Virus record (IMG/VR): IMGVR_UViG_3300026549_000030
Location: 128,001-192,000 of that record
Strand: one strand, 5' to 3'
DNA length: 64,000 bases
From: a virus
Taxonomy: Duplodnaviria; Caudoviricetes
Shown here: piece after piece, positions 20,277-30,066 of the stretch
Position numbering within the stretch: position 1 is the first letter of the stretch
Layout of the letters: every line of letters begins with the position of its first letter
The notes under the pieces: generated by a model
What the model was told of the DNA's origin: nothing
Databases searched by the model: none
The model's input: the letters and a program-made list of their open reading frames with translations, nothing else
Translations under genes and position numbers: made by a program

Positions 20277-22071
20277 TTAAGTTTTCCATTTTATCGAAGA
20301 GTCTGAAGAAACCTTCCTGAACCATTTCAGGCGTTGTTTCGTCTGCAGTCTCCTCCATAACTTCCTCATCAAGTTCAAGTCCTGCGTAATGCGCAAACTC
20401 CTTGAAAGAAATAGGCTTAGGCATTCCATCTCCTAATCCTTCCTCAACAACAGCCTTAACCGTGCCGTTGTTGGCGCCAGAGCCATTGGCTCTTGATTTA
20501 GCCCTACTGTGTGACAATTTCAATAACTCGCTGTTAATTTCGCCAACAAGAGCAATGAAGTCTTGGTAGCATTTCGTTATATTTTCCTTGAATGTTTGAT
20601 CCTTACGCGCATTTCCGAGAGCAGCATTAAGGTTTGCACTATACTTCTGAACTTGGAATCCATAAACGGCTGCGAGTCCAATAGCGAATGCGTTTCCAAC
20701 CGCCTCTTTAATCGCAGGAACAACAATGTTTCTACCGGGGCAAACGTAATTCTTTGCGTAGAAATCCGCATAGTGCGCAATATCGTCACCGAGTGAACCG
20801 CCAACACCCCTTGGGCTTGTTCCGCATTTCTGTGTGCATATAGCTGAGAGAATGTTGATAATATCGGTAATTTCCTCATCACCCCTTCTTACAATCTGCT
20901 GTGGCTTATACTGAACACCAGCGTCAACAGCAGCCTTCTTGTCGTTTGTAACAGCAAGCGCGTTAGGAATACCCTGAATATTATCAGCAAGGTTAACCTC
21001 GGTATTGAACACATCCGGCATTCCGGGCCTTAACTGAGTATTGGAAATATCGTAAACTTTCTGCTTTGTAAAGTCAGGGCTCTGAGGGTTAAGAATGTTT
21101 GCAAGGAACATAACAGCCATAATCTCCGCTTGGCTCAACTGTCCCGCCTTCTTCTCAGCACGGAACACGTCATAAGGCTGACGTCCTGAGTTTGTGTTAT
21201 CGACATATCCAAGCTGAGCAGCAGCCTGATTCCATGCATTTATATCCTTGATTTTGTTGTTTGCAGTCTTGATTTCGAGGGCAAAGAGAGTCTTGTCAAC
21301 AACGTCACGGTTAAATACATTGTTCCAAGTCCACTCGTTCGTTACGAATGTGGCAGTAGGAAGATATGACTTAACCATAAGTTGATTCACAGGGCTAATT
21401 CTCCAACCACATGAATTTCCTTGCTTGATAATCTTCTGACGATTCGCGATAGATTGTGAGAAATTCACGGTTACGCCACCGACGAAGCCAAGTTTCTTTG
21501 TATAATTAGGATCCGAAAGAAGCGAAAGAATCTTATCAACGTTCATTGCCTGACGTTCCTCTGCTTTCTTTAAATCCTCATCACTCGGTGCCTCGTCAAT
21601 CCTTCCAATAATACTATTTGGAAGCGATGCAAGAGCATTCTGCTTATAATATCCGTTAGCAACGCCGTTCAATGCAGAAATATCAGAGACAATGTTCGGA
21701 AGGATTTTCTTAAATTCGTCCTCTTGTCCGGGAAGAATCGTCAAATCAATCGGAGTTGGCTCCTTAGGACCAAGCTTTTCAGTAGTATTTGGCTTTGCTG
21801 AGAGAATGCTTCCGTATTTGTTATTCCAATCCTGAATCAACTTGTTTATATGCTGATTATGAATCCACTGAAGACGCACTACAAGATTTTCATTTCCATT
21901 ATCGTCCTTTACATAAGAAGCACTTCTCGCTGTAGGAGCGACTGCATTGGGGTGATCCTTTACCGCAGTGGTTGTTCCTTTTCCACCTGCAGGTGCGCCA
22001 AATCTTTGCAATTCGTAAAGCGTTTCATTCACCATTTTCTCAATATCTGAAATGCCAAAATTTTCATTCAT
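20269..22071 (-). CDS. ArdC-N (ssDNA-binding, anti-restriction)-like domain protein
   Basis: ISPVNQLMVKSYLPTATFVTNEWTWNNVFNRDV and FTKQKVYDISNT match the ArdC-N pattern; start ATG 22071. Confidence 0.55.
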   Translation of the reverse strand: MNENFGISDIEKMVNETLYELQRFGAPAGGKGTTTAVKDHPNAVAPTARSASYVKDDNGNENLVVRLQWIHNQHINKLIQDWNNKYGSILSAKPNTTEKLGPKEPTPIDLTILPGQEDEFKKILPNIVSDISALNGVANGYYKQNALASLPNSIIGRIDEAPSDEDLKKAEERQAMNVDKILSLLSDPNYTKKLGFVGGVTVNFSQSIANRQKIIKQGNSCGWRISPVNQLMVKSYLPTATFVTNEWTWNNVFNRDVVDKTLFALEIKTANNKIKDINAWNQAAAQLGYVDNTNSGRQPYDVFRAEKKAGQLSQAEIMAVMFLANILNPQSPDFTKQKVYDISNTQLRPGMPDVFNTEVNLADNIQGIPNALAVTNDKKAAVDAGVQYKPQQIVRRGDEEITDIINILSAICTQKCGTSPRGVGGSLGDDIAHYADFYAKNYVCPGRNIVVPAIKEAVGNAFAIGLAAVYGFQVQKYSANLNAALGNARKDQTFKENITKCYQDFIALVGEINSELLKLSHSRAKSRANGSGANNGTVKAVVEEGLGDGMPKPISFKEFAHYAGLELDEEVMEETADETTPEMVQEGFFRLFDKMENLNG

Positions 22072-22229
22072 AACATTATACAATTTACTATCAATAAATA
22101 CATTTTCCTAATAAAAAGTAAGATAATTGATAGATAAACTAAAGCTATATAGAAGTCATAAATTATTATAAAAACAAGAAAAATAACATTAAAACTTCGG
22201 CATTTTGATATTTATAATAAAAAGACTAT

Positions 22230-23189
22230 ATGGGAAAATTAAAATTTACCACTGAACAATTTATTGAAGAAGCCAAAAAAATTCATGGTGACAAATTTAT
22301 TTACGACAAGGCTGAGTATCTTGGGGGAGATAAAAAAGTGTGCATAATATGCCCTGAACATGGAGAATTTTGGCAATCCGCAAAAACACATTTGCATGGA
22401 ACCGGCTGCCCATATTGCTACGGGCACTATAAACCAACGACAGAAGGCTTCATTGAGAAATTAAAAAAAATCCACGGGGATAAATATGACTATTCGAAAG
22501 TAGAGTATAAAGGCTCGTTTTCTAAAGTTCGCCTAATTTGCCCTGAGCATGGAGAATTTTGGAAAACGCCCAACTCATTATTACAGGGGCAAGGATGCAG
22601 AAAGTGCGGAACGGCTTCCGCGCAAAATAAAAACAGGATGCAGCAAGAAGAATTCATTGAAAGGGCAAAAGATATCCATCAAAACAAATATGATTATTCG
22701 AAAGTGAACTATATTAATACTGACACAAAAGTTTGCATAATATGTCCGGAGCACGGAGAATTTTGGCAGACTCCACATCATCATTTAAATGGGGTCGGAT
22801 GCCCAAAGTGCGGAAGAAATGACATTACTGAGAAGAAATTATATGAGAATGTTGCAAAAATTTTCCCAGACGCCATACGCCAATATAGACCACATTTTCT
22901 TTATAATAACGGAAAGCCATTATCGTTAGATATTTTTATACCGTCTATAAATACTGCCATTGAATATCAGGGGCGACAACATTTTGTTCCTGTGTCAAGA
23001 TATGGCGGAGACAAAGAACTTTCCAACACAAAAAGAAGAGATGCCAAAAAATTTAATTTATGCAACGAAAACAATGTGACGTTATTGTATGCAAGCTTTG
23101 AAAAAGAAGCCCCAAATACGTATTTTAAGACTATTTATAATAATGAAACAGATTTAATTAACGAATTAAAAAGGCTAAAAAATGATTGA
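22230..23189 (+). mobile_element. Free-standing homing endonuclease (three CPEHG zinc repeats + PD-(D/E)xK), overlapping the terminase start
   Basis: Three IICPEHGEFW...GC repeats; LDIFIPSINTAIEYQGRQHF; paralogue of 10688..12013. Confidence 0.8.
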
Positions 23190-25053
23190 TTTAACTCAAA
23201 TATCAGAGGAATATGTCAAATGTGTAAGCGACACAACTCGCATATACATGATAGAACATTATCTCAAAACATTCGATATGCGAGTGAATAAAGAAGTGCC
23301 GTTCATGCTGTTTCCTCGGCAAAAAGATTTAATATCTGATTTTAAAAAATACAGGAGAACAATCTGCCTGAAACCGCGCCAAGCCGGAATTACAACAAGC
23401 GCGGCGGCTTTAATGGCTTGCGAGATAGCGTTAGCAGACCCAACCTCGCCTGAAACAGTCCTTATCGTAGGACGTGACTTAAAACTTTCTCAGAACTTAC
23501 TCGAGAAAATAGAGGCGTTCCTTCTTCAAATTCCAAGGTGGTTCTGGGGAGACGAATTCTTCTCACCGGATCCTAAATCTGAAAAGAATAAGAGGGATAT
23601 TTTTAAGGTTCACAATAAATCTCGCTTGGAATTAAAGAACGGCTGCAAGGTATATGCAGTTTCATCAGGCCCGAACGCAGCTCGTGGTATTTCATCTGTT
23701 TCTTGGCTTATATTCGATGAGGCAGCCTTCATTGAGAACGGTAAAGACGTTTATGCTCAGGCTGTCGCTACAACCTCAACGGGTGGTAAAACCATTATGA
23801 TTTCCACTCCTTGCGGTATGGATGAGCTTTATTACGACACATATTACAAGTCAACGATTGGAAAGAACGACTTCCACGTAACAGAACTTCGTTGGTACCA
23901 GGATCCAAGGTACAATCAGTTCCTTAAATGGCAGAAATTTGACGAAGATACCGGCAACATTATCTCCGAGATTGTTGAAGAAACCCTCAATGATAAGGGA
24001 GATATCAAATACGACCCAGATAGGTGGCTTACGTTGGAAAGAGAAGGGTATAAGCCAACGTCTCCTTGGTATGTCGGAATGTGCAACGCATTCAACAATG
24101 ACCCGATTAAAATTGCCCAAGAGCTTGACGTTTCATTTGTCGGTTCTTCGGACAATGTGGTTGCGGGAAATTTCATTGAAATGCAGAAGAAGCTCAACAA
24201 CAGGGAACCGGACCCTACACTTAGGGATATGGCACTGAATGAGACTTGGGTTTGGAAGGCGCCTATTCCTGGGCACCAATATATTATGGCAATAGATAAC
24301 TCAAAGGGTGATTCTGACGACGCAACGGCTCTTGAAATAATTGACATTGACGGAATTGACGACGACGGAACACCTTGCATGGAGCAGGTTCTCGAATATA
24401 ACGGAAAATTATATGGCGACGCAATTGGTGATATTGCAAACAATTACGGAAGGTTATATAATGACGCTTTTTGTGTGGTTGAAGATATTGGAGGCTATGG
24501 ATCAGCAACAATCCTTCGTCTTCTCGCACTTGAATATCCGAATATGTATTATGACGACGAGGATTTGAAGACATACACGATTATCAACAGAACTGAAACA
24601 AAGAATAAGGGCGATAGAATGCCGGGCTACAAGAATGGCAATAACCGATTCCAAATGCTCAACAACTTCGCGAATTTAGTTCGTACAAATCAGTTTAAAA
24701 TTCGCTCTTCAAGAGTGTGCGCGGAATTACAGACATGGATTTGGAAGAATGGACGCCAAGATCATATGGACGGAAAGCACGACGATACAATTACCTGCCT
24801 CGCAATGGGCTTGTTCGTTATTCAATTCTCACTCGGAAGAATGCTCAAGAACAAGGCAAAGGACGAAACTATTATGCGTGCGCTTATTATGGCAAACAGT
24901 CGCATAAAATACGTTCCAACCGCAACAGCAACAACCGAGCAGAAAATCGATGAAGTTAAAAAGAAATACGCAATGCCCGCGTATTATAGTAATCAGCCAC
25001 TTTATCAAGGACAAAGTGCAGCTTACAAAGCATCAATGTGGTTAATAAAATAA
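23182..25053 (+). CDS. Terminase large subunit (T4 gp17-like)
   Basis: LKPRQAGITT (Walker A), LIFDEAAF (Walker B), ISTP motif C, nuclease motifs AIDNSKG and HDD. Confidence 0.95.
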   Translation: MIDLTQISEEYVKCVSDTTRIYMIEHYLKTFDMRVNKEVPFMLFPRQKDLISDFKKYRRTICLKPRQAGITTSAAALMACEIALADPTSPETVLIVGRDLKLSQNLLEKIEAFLLQIPRWFWGDEFFSPDPKSEKNKRDIFKVHNKSRLELKNGCKVYAVSSGPNAARGISSVSWLIFDEAAFIENGKDVYAQAVATTSTGGKTIMISTPCGMDELYYDTYYKSTIGKNDFHVTELRWYQDPRYNQFLKWQKFDEDTGNIISEIVEETLNDKGDIKYDPDRWLTLEREGYKPTSPWYVGMCNAFNNDPIKIAQELDVSFVGSSDNVVAGNFIEMQKKLNNREPDPTLRDMALNETWVWKAPIPGHQYIMAIDNSKGDSDDATALEIIDIDGIDDDGTPCMEQVLEYNGKLYGDAIGDIANNYGRLYNDAFCVVEDIGGYGSATILRLLALEYPNMYYDDEDLKTYTIINRTETKNKGDRMPGYKNGNNRFQMLNNFANLVRTNQFKIRSSRVCAELQTWIWKNGRQDHMDGKHDDTITCLAMGLFVIQFSLGRMLKNKAKDETIMRALIMANSRIKYVPTATATTEQKIDEVKKKYAMPAYYSNQPLYQGQSAAYKASMWLIK

Positions 25054-25077
25054 TTATAAGAAAAATATAGTATTAAA

Positions 25078-25197
25078 ATGTGCAATTGCGGATCAAAAGT
25101 TAAGAAAGTCGGTGGAAAACAGACGCCTAAGCGTCCACTTCCTGCAACAGGCAAGGCTCCATCAGTTAGAACGGTTATTCGCCGTCCTGCAAGGTGA
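25078..25197 (+). CDS. 39-aa basic CxC peptide (not in the ORF track)
   Basis: MCNCGSKVKKVGGKQTPKRPLPATGKAPSVRTVIRRPAR; A-rich leader, located between the terminase stop and a terminator. Confidence 0.65.
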   Translation: MCNCGSKVKKVGGKQTPKRPLPATGKAPSVRTVIRRPAR

Positions 25198-25246
25198 AGG
25201 GGAATGAGCTTGGAAAGCCTTCTCACAAAAGAGACAAACTGAAGAG

Positions 25247-25272
25247 ACTACGGTATAAGCCGTAGTTTTTTT
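25247..25272 (+). terminator. Intrinsic terminator closing the terminase operon
   Basis: ACTACGG-TATAAG-CCGTAGT followed by a T tract. Confidence 0.8.
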
Positions 25273-25301
25273 GTTTTTTCAAAAATTTATTCCTATCTTT
25301 G
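25270..25301 (+). promoter_or_regulatory. Bacteroidota-type promoter, near-leaderless transcript
   Basis: TTTG at 25270, 20-nt spacer, TATCTTTG at 25294; ATG only 4 nt downstream. Confidence 0.75.
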
Positions 25302-25305
25302 CGCT

Positions 25306-25572
25306 ATGATATACGGATATGCAATAGTAGATAAAAAAACGGAGACACACGGGCTTCCATTTTATTGTTCTGATCAATGGAATGATTATCCCGTAATACG
25401 CAAAGTCAGATTATTTTCTTCAAAAAAGGAACGCGACAACGCGATGAATATCGAGAAAAAGAAACGTACATGGATTGATACAGCTGAAGTAGTTCCATTC
25501 AAAACCGCTTCAGTTCAAGGAAAACTAAGCATAGTTCCAACAAAGGAAATAAAAAAAGAGCCTCAAATCTGA
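25306..25572 (+). CDS. Hypothetical early protein
   Basis: 88-aa ORF between its own promoter and a terminator. Confidence 0.7.
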   Translation: MIYGYAIVDKKTETHGLPFYCSDQWNDYPVIRKVRLFSSKKERDNAMNIEKKKRTWIDTAEVVPFKTASVQGKLSIVPTKEIKKEPQI

Positions 25573-25582
25573 GGCTCTTTTT
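25551..25582. terminator. Bidirectional terminator at the end of the capsid gene
   Basis: AAAAAGAGCCTCA-AATC-TGAGGCTCTTTTT. Confidence 0.85.
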
Positions 25583-25601
25583 AAGTATTGCTTTCCGAAT
25601 A

Positions 25602-27470
25602 TTAACGAAGCTCGTTGATATCCCAAGTCTGGAGTCCGTTTGCAACGATAGCGCCGTAGTAGCGGTTGTTAACCATCTTCTTAGCGTAACGAGTGATGAT
25701 ACCCTTAACAGGTGCGAAGTTAGCGCTGTTGTAGATAGTAGGAGTTAACTGCATAGGCACATAAGGTGCATAGATGTAACCTGTGTCGAGGAGGCTATCG
25801 CCCTTGTGTCCGATGATAGCGGACTCTGCAGGTGAATAAGGATCCACGAACACGTTGTAGCGGCCCTGGAGTGAACCAACCTTCTCAATACCCATTGAGT
25901 ATGTCACAGCCTCAGCGTTAGCGTCGGTTACGTGGAAGTACTCAAGGTCGTTGAGCATAGCGTTGATTTCGGTAGAAACAACCACGAAGTTTGCACCACC
26001 ACGAAGAGTTGACTTGTGAATCTGTGCAGAAATCTGATTGATCTTTGTCATGAAGGTCTGGTTCCAGTCCTTCTGAGTGTAGTTCGTTGAGAAACCACCC
26101 TGACGTCTCCAACCGTTGTAGTCCCACTTAAGCTGCCAAGGAGAAGCCTTGCGGAGGTCGCGGAGGATCTCACGGTCGATTTCAGCAGCAATCTGCTCTG
26201 AGAGGATAGCTGTAAGCTCAGCCTCAGCGTCGATGTTGTGGAATGCGGCAACGTCCTGAGCGAGTTCAGGAGACCATGTAGCACGGAGCTTGCGCTCGTC
26301 AACAGACACGGTAACATCTGAAAGCTTGAAGGAAACCTCACCGATTTCGGTTTCGAGCTCGAGAGAGTCATACTGTGCCCAAGCAACCATGAACTTGCTG
26401 TTCACGTCGTCAACGCTGATAGCGTCGCTTGCTACACCGATATAACCATCGAGAGTTGTTCCAGGAACCTTCACAGGTTTTGCAAGGTCGAGTTCAAGAT
26501 AAATCTTGCCTTCGGCGTCGCAAGGGTTGGAGTACTCCACTAAGCCCTTACCATAGCGCTGTGTAACGCAACGGAAGTGAACGGGCTCGCCCTTCTTGAA
26601 GCAAGCAAACTGGGTTTCGCCAGAAGCTGCAGCTTCGCCGATGTCTTCCTTAGCAACTACTCTAAGTGAAGCGAGGAATGACTCAGTGTCCATTTCGTTT
26701 CCGTCAGGACCTGTGAGCTTTGAAGCACGGAATGAAGAGAAACCGCTAACCTCAACGATAATGTTGCGGACGGAATCGTCAATACCGCATACAGGAAGAG
26801 TGTCAACATCCTTATAGTCGCCGTTGAAAGCAATGCGAACAGGCTTTACAGCACCAACGCGGATATGAACCTTACCCTTTGAATGATCGAAAAGACCATC
26901 ATTGTAGAAGAGGTCGTAAAGGCTCTTCTTGAAGAAGTGCACAACCTCAGGAGTATTACCAGACTCGTCGATATTTACAACCTCGTCAGGGAGATAGTAA
27001 CGCTGGCGAACTGCGCCGTCATAGTTACCTTCCTCGTCACGGTGGTTGCGCTCAACGCGGTCGTAACCCATAAGTCCGTAGTGAGAAGCAGTAGCTCCGT
27101 CAAGATTCTCCTTGTCGCCTTCGAACCTGCGCTCTGAAGTAACAGGAAGAATGAAGAAAAGTTTGCCGATAGGCATGTTCATAGCCTGAACGGACACGAT
27201 GTCGTTAGCAAGAAGACGTGAGAAAACACGACGTACTAACGGGAACACAACAGTCTCGAATGAACCGCTGTTGGATGCATCAGAAGCTTCCTTAAGAAGG
27301 ATGTGAGCTTCGTTCTCGAAAAGGGTAGCCATATTCTCTTTGAGATATCCGGTAAGACCCTTTGTGAAGCCGATGTTGTCCCAACGCTCCTGGATCATTT
27401 TGCGAGCCTCTTCATGTTTGCCAGTGGAAATGTTACCAACCTGGCCGCCTTGTAAGAAGTTTGATACCAT
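25602..27470 (-). CDS. Major capsid protein (T4 gp23-like)
   Basis: RKLRATWSPELAQDVAAFHNIDAEAELTAILSEQIAAEIDREI and GYIYAPYVP...RY are gp23 motifs. Confidence 0.96.
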   Translation of the reverse strand: MVSNFLQGGQVGNISTGKHEEARKMIQERWDNIGFTKGLTGYLKENMATLFENEAHILLKEASDASNSGSFETVVFPLVRRVFSRLLANDIVSVQAMNMPIGKLFFILPVTSERRFEGDKENLDGATASHYGLMGYDRVERNHRDEEGNYDGAVRQRYYLPDEVVNIDESGNTPEVVHFFKKSLYDLFYNDGLFDHSKGKVHIRVGAVKPVRIAFNGDYKDVDTLPVCGIDDSVRNIIVEVSGFSSFRASKLTGPDGNEMDTESFLASLRVVAKEDIGEAAASGETQFACFKKGEPVHFRCVTQRYGKGLVEYSNPCDAEGKIYLELDLAKPVKVPGTTLDGYIGVASDAISVDDVNSKFMVAWAQYDSLELETEIGEVSFKLSDVTVSVDERKLRATWSPELAQDVAAFHNIDAEAELTAILSEQIAAEIDREILRDLRKASPWQLKWDYNGWRRQGGFSTNYTQKDWNQTFMTKINQISAQIHKSTLRGGANFVVVSTEINAMLNDLEYFHVTDANAEAVTYSMGIEKVGSLQGRYNVFVDPYSPAESAIIGHKGDSLLDTGYIYAPYVPMQLTPTIYNSANFAPVKGIITRYAKKMVNNRYYGAIVANGLQTWDINELR

Positions 27471-27504
27471 AATTAGTTTCTTTTTTTATAACTTTGTTAT
27501 TTTT

Positions 27505-28950
27505 TTACTTTTTAAAGAGATTGTCCATTCTGTTCATAAGGTCAATCGAAGGATCGTTGACGTTCTGATAAATGGTTGTCTCATTTAAATTTTTTGATTC
27601 AGCAACGAATTGCTTCTCAATTGCGGGTTTTGAATTTACGGATTCCTTAAGTTCTGACTTAATTGTCTCGTAAAGGTTCTTGCCCTCTGTGAGTGTCTTA
27701 ACAGCGTTGAAGCGCTCGCAGATTCTCTTCTTCTCGTCCTTGGTTGTTGTCTCATTCACAAGAATATCGACAAGCTTGCCCATATTGACGTTGAGAACAG
27801 CAGCCTCATACAGGCTCTTCTTAATCTTATTAATGCACTCAACATATTGTTTATTTTCGGCCTGAATAGCCTTTGCCTTTGCGACAATCTTAGTTACAGA
27901 TTCGCGGAGAGCCTTGTACTCACCATCCTCAGATGACTGATGCTGGTTCTGTGCACCACGATTAATGTGGTTTGTGCTCTTCTTGTTAGCGTGCTTAGTG
28001 TTAAGTCCGCTTCCGTCCTCTTCAAGATTTGCATCAAGATTTGGATTAGCAGGCTCGTTTCCACAAGCTGCGCCACACTCGTTGACTGACTTCTCGAATG
28101 GCTTGCTGTCGCCCTTTCCTGCCCATGGTTTCTCAGAGCCCTTAGGTGCGCCTTCATCCCAATCGTTAGTAGTCTTTGAATCGGCAGGCTCGTTCATATT
28201 GAACTTCTTGTCGAATACGTCCTTCTGATAAGAGTCAGTGTAACCGAGGTTTTCCTCGTTAAGCTCTTCCTCATTGTCATCATTAAGGTCGATTTCGATA
28301 TCGCCGTCCTCATCTCCGCCAAGATTAATGTCAATGTCGTCGTCTCCGGCTTCGCCCTCAATGTCAACATCTTCACCACCGTCTACATCTGCGGTATCAT
28401 CGCTTCCGGCTTCGCCACCCAGTGCATCAGGATCAAGTTCAATCACGAATTCGGCGCCAGTCTCGTCATCCTTCACAGAATAAGTTCCGTCATCTTCCTT
28501 CTTTACGAAGATTTGGTCGTCATCCCCGAGTTTGTTGTAGACTTTGAGAATTTCATCTCCATCCACGCCCGTGAAATCATAATCATTGTCACCAACCTTG
28601 TACTGTTCAAAATCTGACCATTCATCGTCATCGGCATTGCCCTCATCAGAGCCTTCCTCGCCTTCCTGTGAGAAATCCTCTTCGCCTGCTCCCTCTTCGG
28701 GTGCCTCGGCGTCGTTATCCTCACCGCCTTCATTGTCAGTTACTGCAGGAACATCCTCGGTATTGACATCCTCTACGCTATAACCGTCTTCCTGTTCCTC
28801 TTCCTCGCTATGGTCTTCCTCTTCCATCACCAAATTGGCGATAGTTTCGTTTACGATAGCACGAAGAGACTTCTCGGTGCCTTCCTGTAATGCCTTTGTA
28901 ATCTTCTCGGCATCACGGATAGTTTTTTCAGCCGTATTATTTTTTTTCAT
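27505..28950 (-). CDS. Prohead scaffold/core protein (gp22-like position)
   Basis: Very acidic, C-terminal coiled coil, located between protease and capsid genes, many LxE sites. Confidence 0.8.
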   Translation of the reverse strand: MKKNNTAEKTIRDAEKITKALQEGTEKSLRAIVNETIANLVMEEEDHSEEEEQEDGYSVEDVNTEDVPAVTDNEGGEDNDAEAPEEGAGEEDFSQEGEEGSDEGNADDDEWSDFEQYKVGDNDYDFTGVDGDEILKVYNKLGDDDQIFVKKEDDGTYSVKDDETGAEFVIELDPDALGGEAGSDDTADVDGGEDVDIEGEAGDDDIDINLGGDEDGDIEIDLNDDNEEELNEENLGYTDSYQKDVFDKKFNMNEPADSKTTNDWDEGAPKGSEKPWAGKGDSKPFEKSVNECGAACGNEPANPNLDANLEEDGSGLNTKHANKKSTNHINRGAQNQHQSSEDGEYKALRESVTKIVAKAKAIQAENKQYVECINKIKKSLYEAAVLNVNMGKLVDILVNETTTKDEKKRICERFNAVKTLTEGKNLYETIKSELKESVNSKPAIEKQFVAESKNLNETTIYQNVNDPSIDLMNRMDNLFKK

Positions 28951-29062
28951 ATTTTCGACTTTTTAAAAAAAAATGTTTATTTTATAGATAAATATGGATT
29001 AAAATCAAAAAGTTATGTTTTTGCCGCTGTTTTCAACTTGTACAGGGCAAAAACATTAATTT

Positions 29063-29776
29063 TTAGTCGTTAAGATGAAGCCATTCATCAAATTCTGAGA
29101 ATTTATCTTCCTTAATAAGAGTTCCTTCCTTCTTTTCAGACTCAATGTATGGACGTAATTTCTCAGGATTTTCTTCAATCCAAGCCTGCGGAGTTGAAGG
29201 CTGACTAACTGCGTCCCAACACACAATATCGTAGTCGTCACCAACAATGAGACTTCCCATTTGCTGCGTAACACTTCCAAGCCCGCGAGAAGAAACGCCA
29301 ACCTTCAATCCAGAAAGTAACCACTGAGCGAGGATATCCGCACAAGTGTAGACTCCACCGTGGTCTCTGAATCCGTCAGAGATTGGAATTTCCATTTTAC
29401 CAACAAGGGTATGTCCTTCCCAATGGAGTTCTATGATATTAAGTGCGATTCGACTAAGGTCTATTGCGCTGCTTTCGGGGTGGTTTAACTCACCGTATGC
29501 ACGCCTCTCAGCTATTGCCGTTTGATATTTTTCAACCTCTCTCTTGAGAACGTTCTCAGGATATATACGTCCGTTAGCATTTTCAATTCCGAACTTTTGG
29601 AAAACAGCGGAAACAACAAATGGATTCGGGAGTACGCGTCTTGATGTAGCGTCCCCTGCGTTAATCGCTTCCATTATAGGCCTGTTAGCCTCCGAGTTCA
29701 TCGACACATATCCGTCATTCTCAATCAGAAGCCCGGTTCCTACTTGTCCTTTCTTAATTTCTGTTATCACATTCAT
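29063..29776 (-). CDS. Prohead core protease (T4 gp21-like, S77 family)
   Basis: NANGRIYP, GELNHP, GVSSRGLGS and WDAVSQPS motifs. Confidence 0.93.
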   Translation of the reverse strand: MNVITEIKKGQVGTGLLIENDGYVSMNSEANRPIMEAINAGDATSRRVLPNPFVVSAVFQKFGIENANGRIYPENVLKREVEKYQTAIAERRAYGELNHPESSAIDLSRIALNIIELHWEGHTLVGKMEIPISDGFRDHGGVYTCADILAQWLLSGLKVGVSSRGLGSVTQQMGSLIVGDDYDIVCWDAVSQPSTPQAWIEENPEKLRPYIESEKKEGTLIKEDKFSEFDEWLHLND

Positions 29777-29850
29777 TGTGAAAATTGCATTTTTGTTCAG
29801 AATATAAATACCTGATTAAAAAAGAAAAGTGTATATTTATATAGTTGAAT

Positions 29851-30066
29851 ATGAAAAAGGAAAGTAATTTATCATTTGAGGGAACGGTGCTTGACGCGCT
29901 GTCCAACGCTAATTTCAGGGTGCAACTCGATAATGGCATAGAAATCATATGCCACCTATCGGGAAAAATGCGCATGAATTATATAAAGGTAATACCCGGA
30001 GATAGGGTTGGAATAGAAATGAGCCCCTACGATTTGACGAAGGGGCGAATCTTTAAGCGTCTCTAA
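29851..30066 (+). CDS. infA: Translation initiation factor IF-1
   Basis: [20 protein letters not shown]...[33 protein letters not shown]; ATG at 29851. Confidence 0.95.
   Translation: MKKESNLSFEGTVLDALSNANFRVQLDNGIEIICHLSGKMRMNYIKVIPGDRVGIEMSPYDLTKGRIFKRL

Noticed and set aside
10688-23189. MKRLTQEEFI and KFTTEQFIEE at HEG N-termini as copies of the capsid tag
   Set aside because: T..E/Q-FI is the first part of the HEG zinc-repeat unit and recurs internally in each repeat.
23182-25053. Intein or intron in the terminase
   Set aside because: The ORF is continuous, of ordinary length, with no intein splice-junction motifs or LAGLIDADG block.
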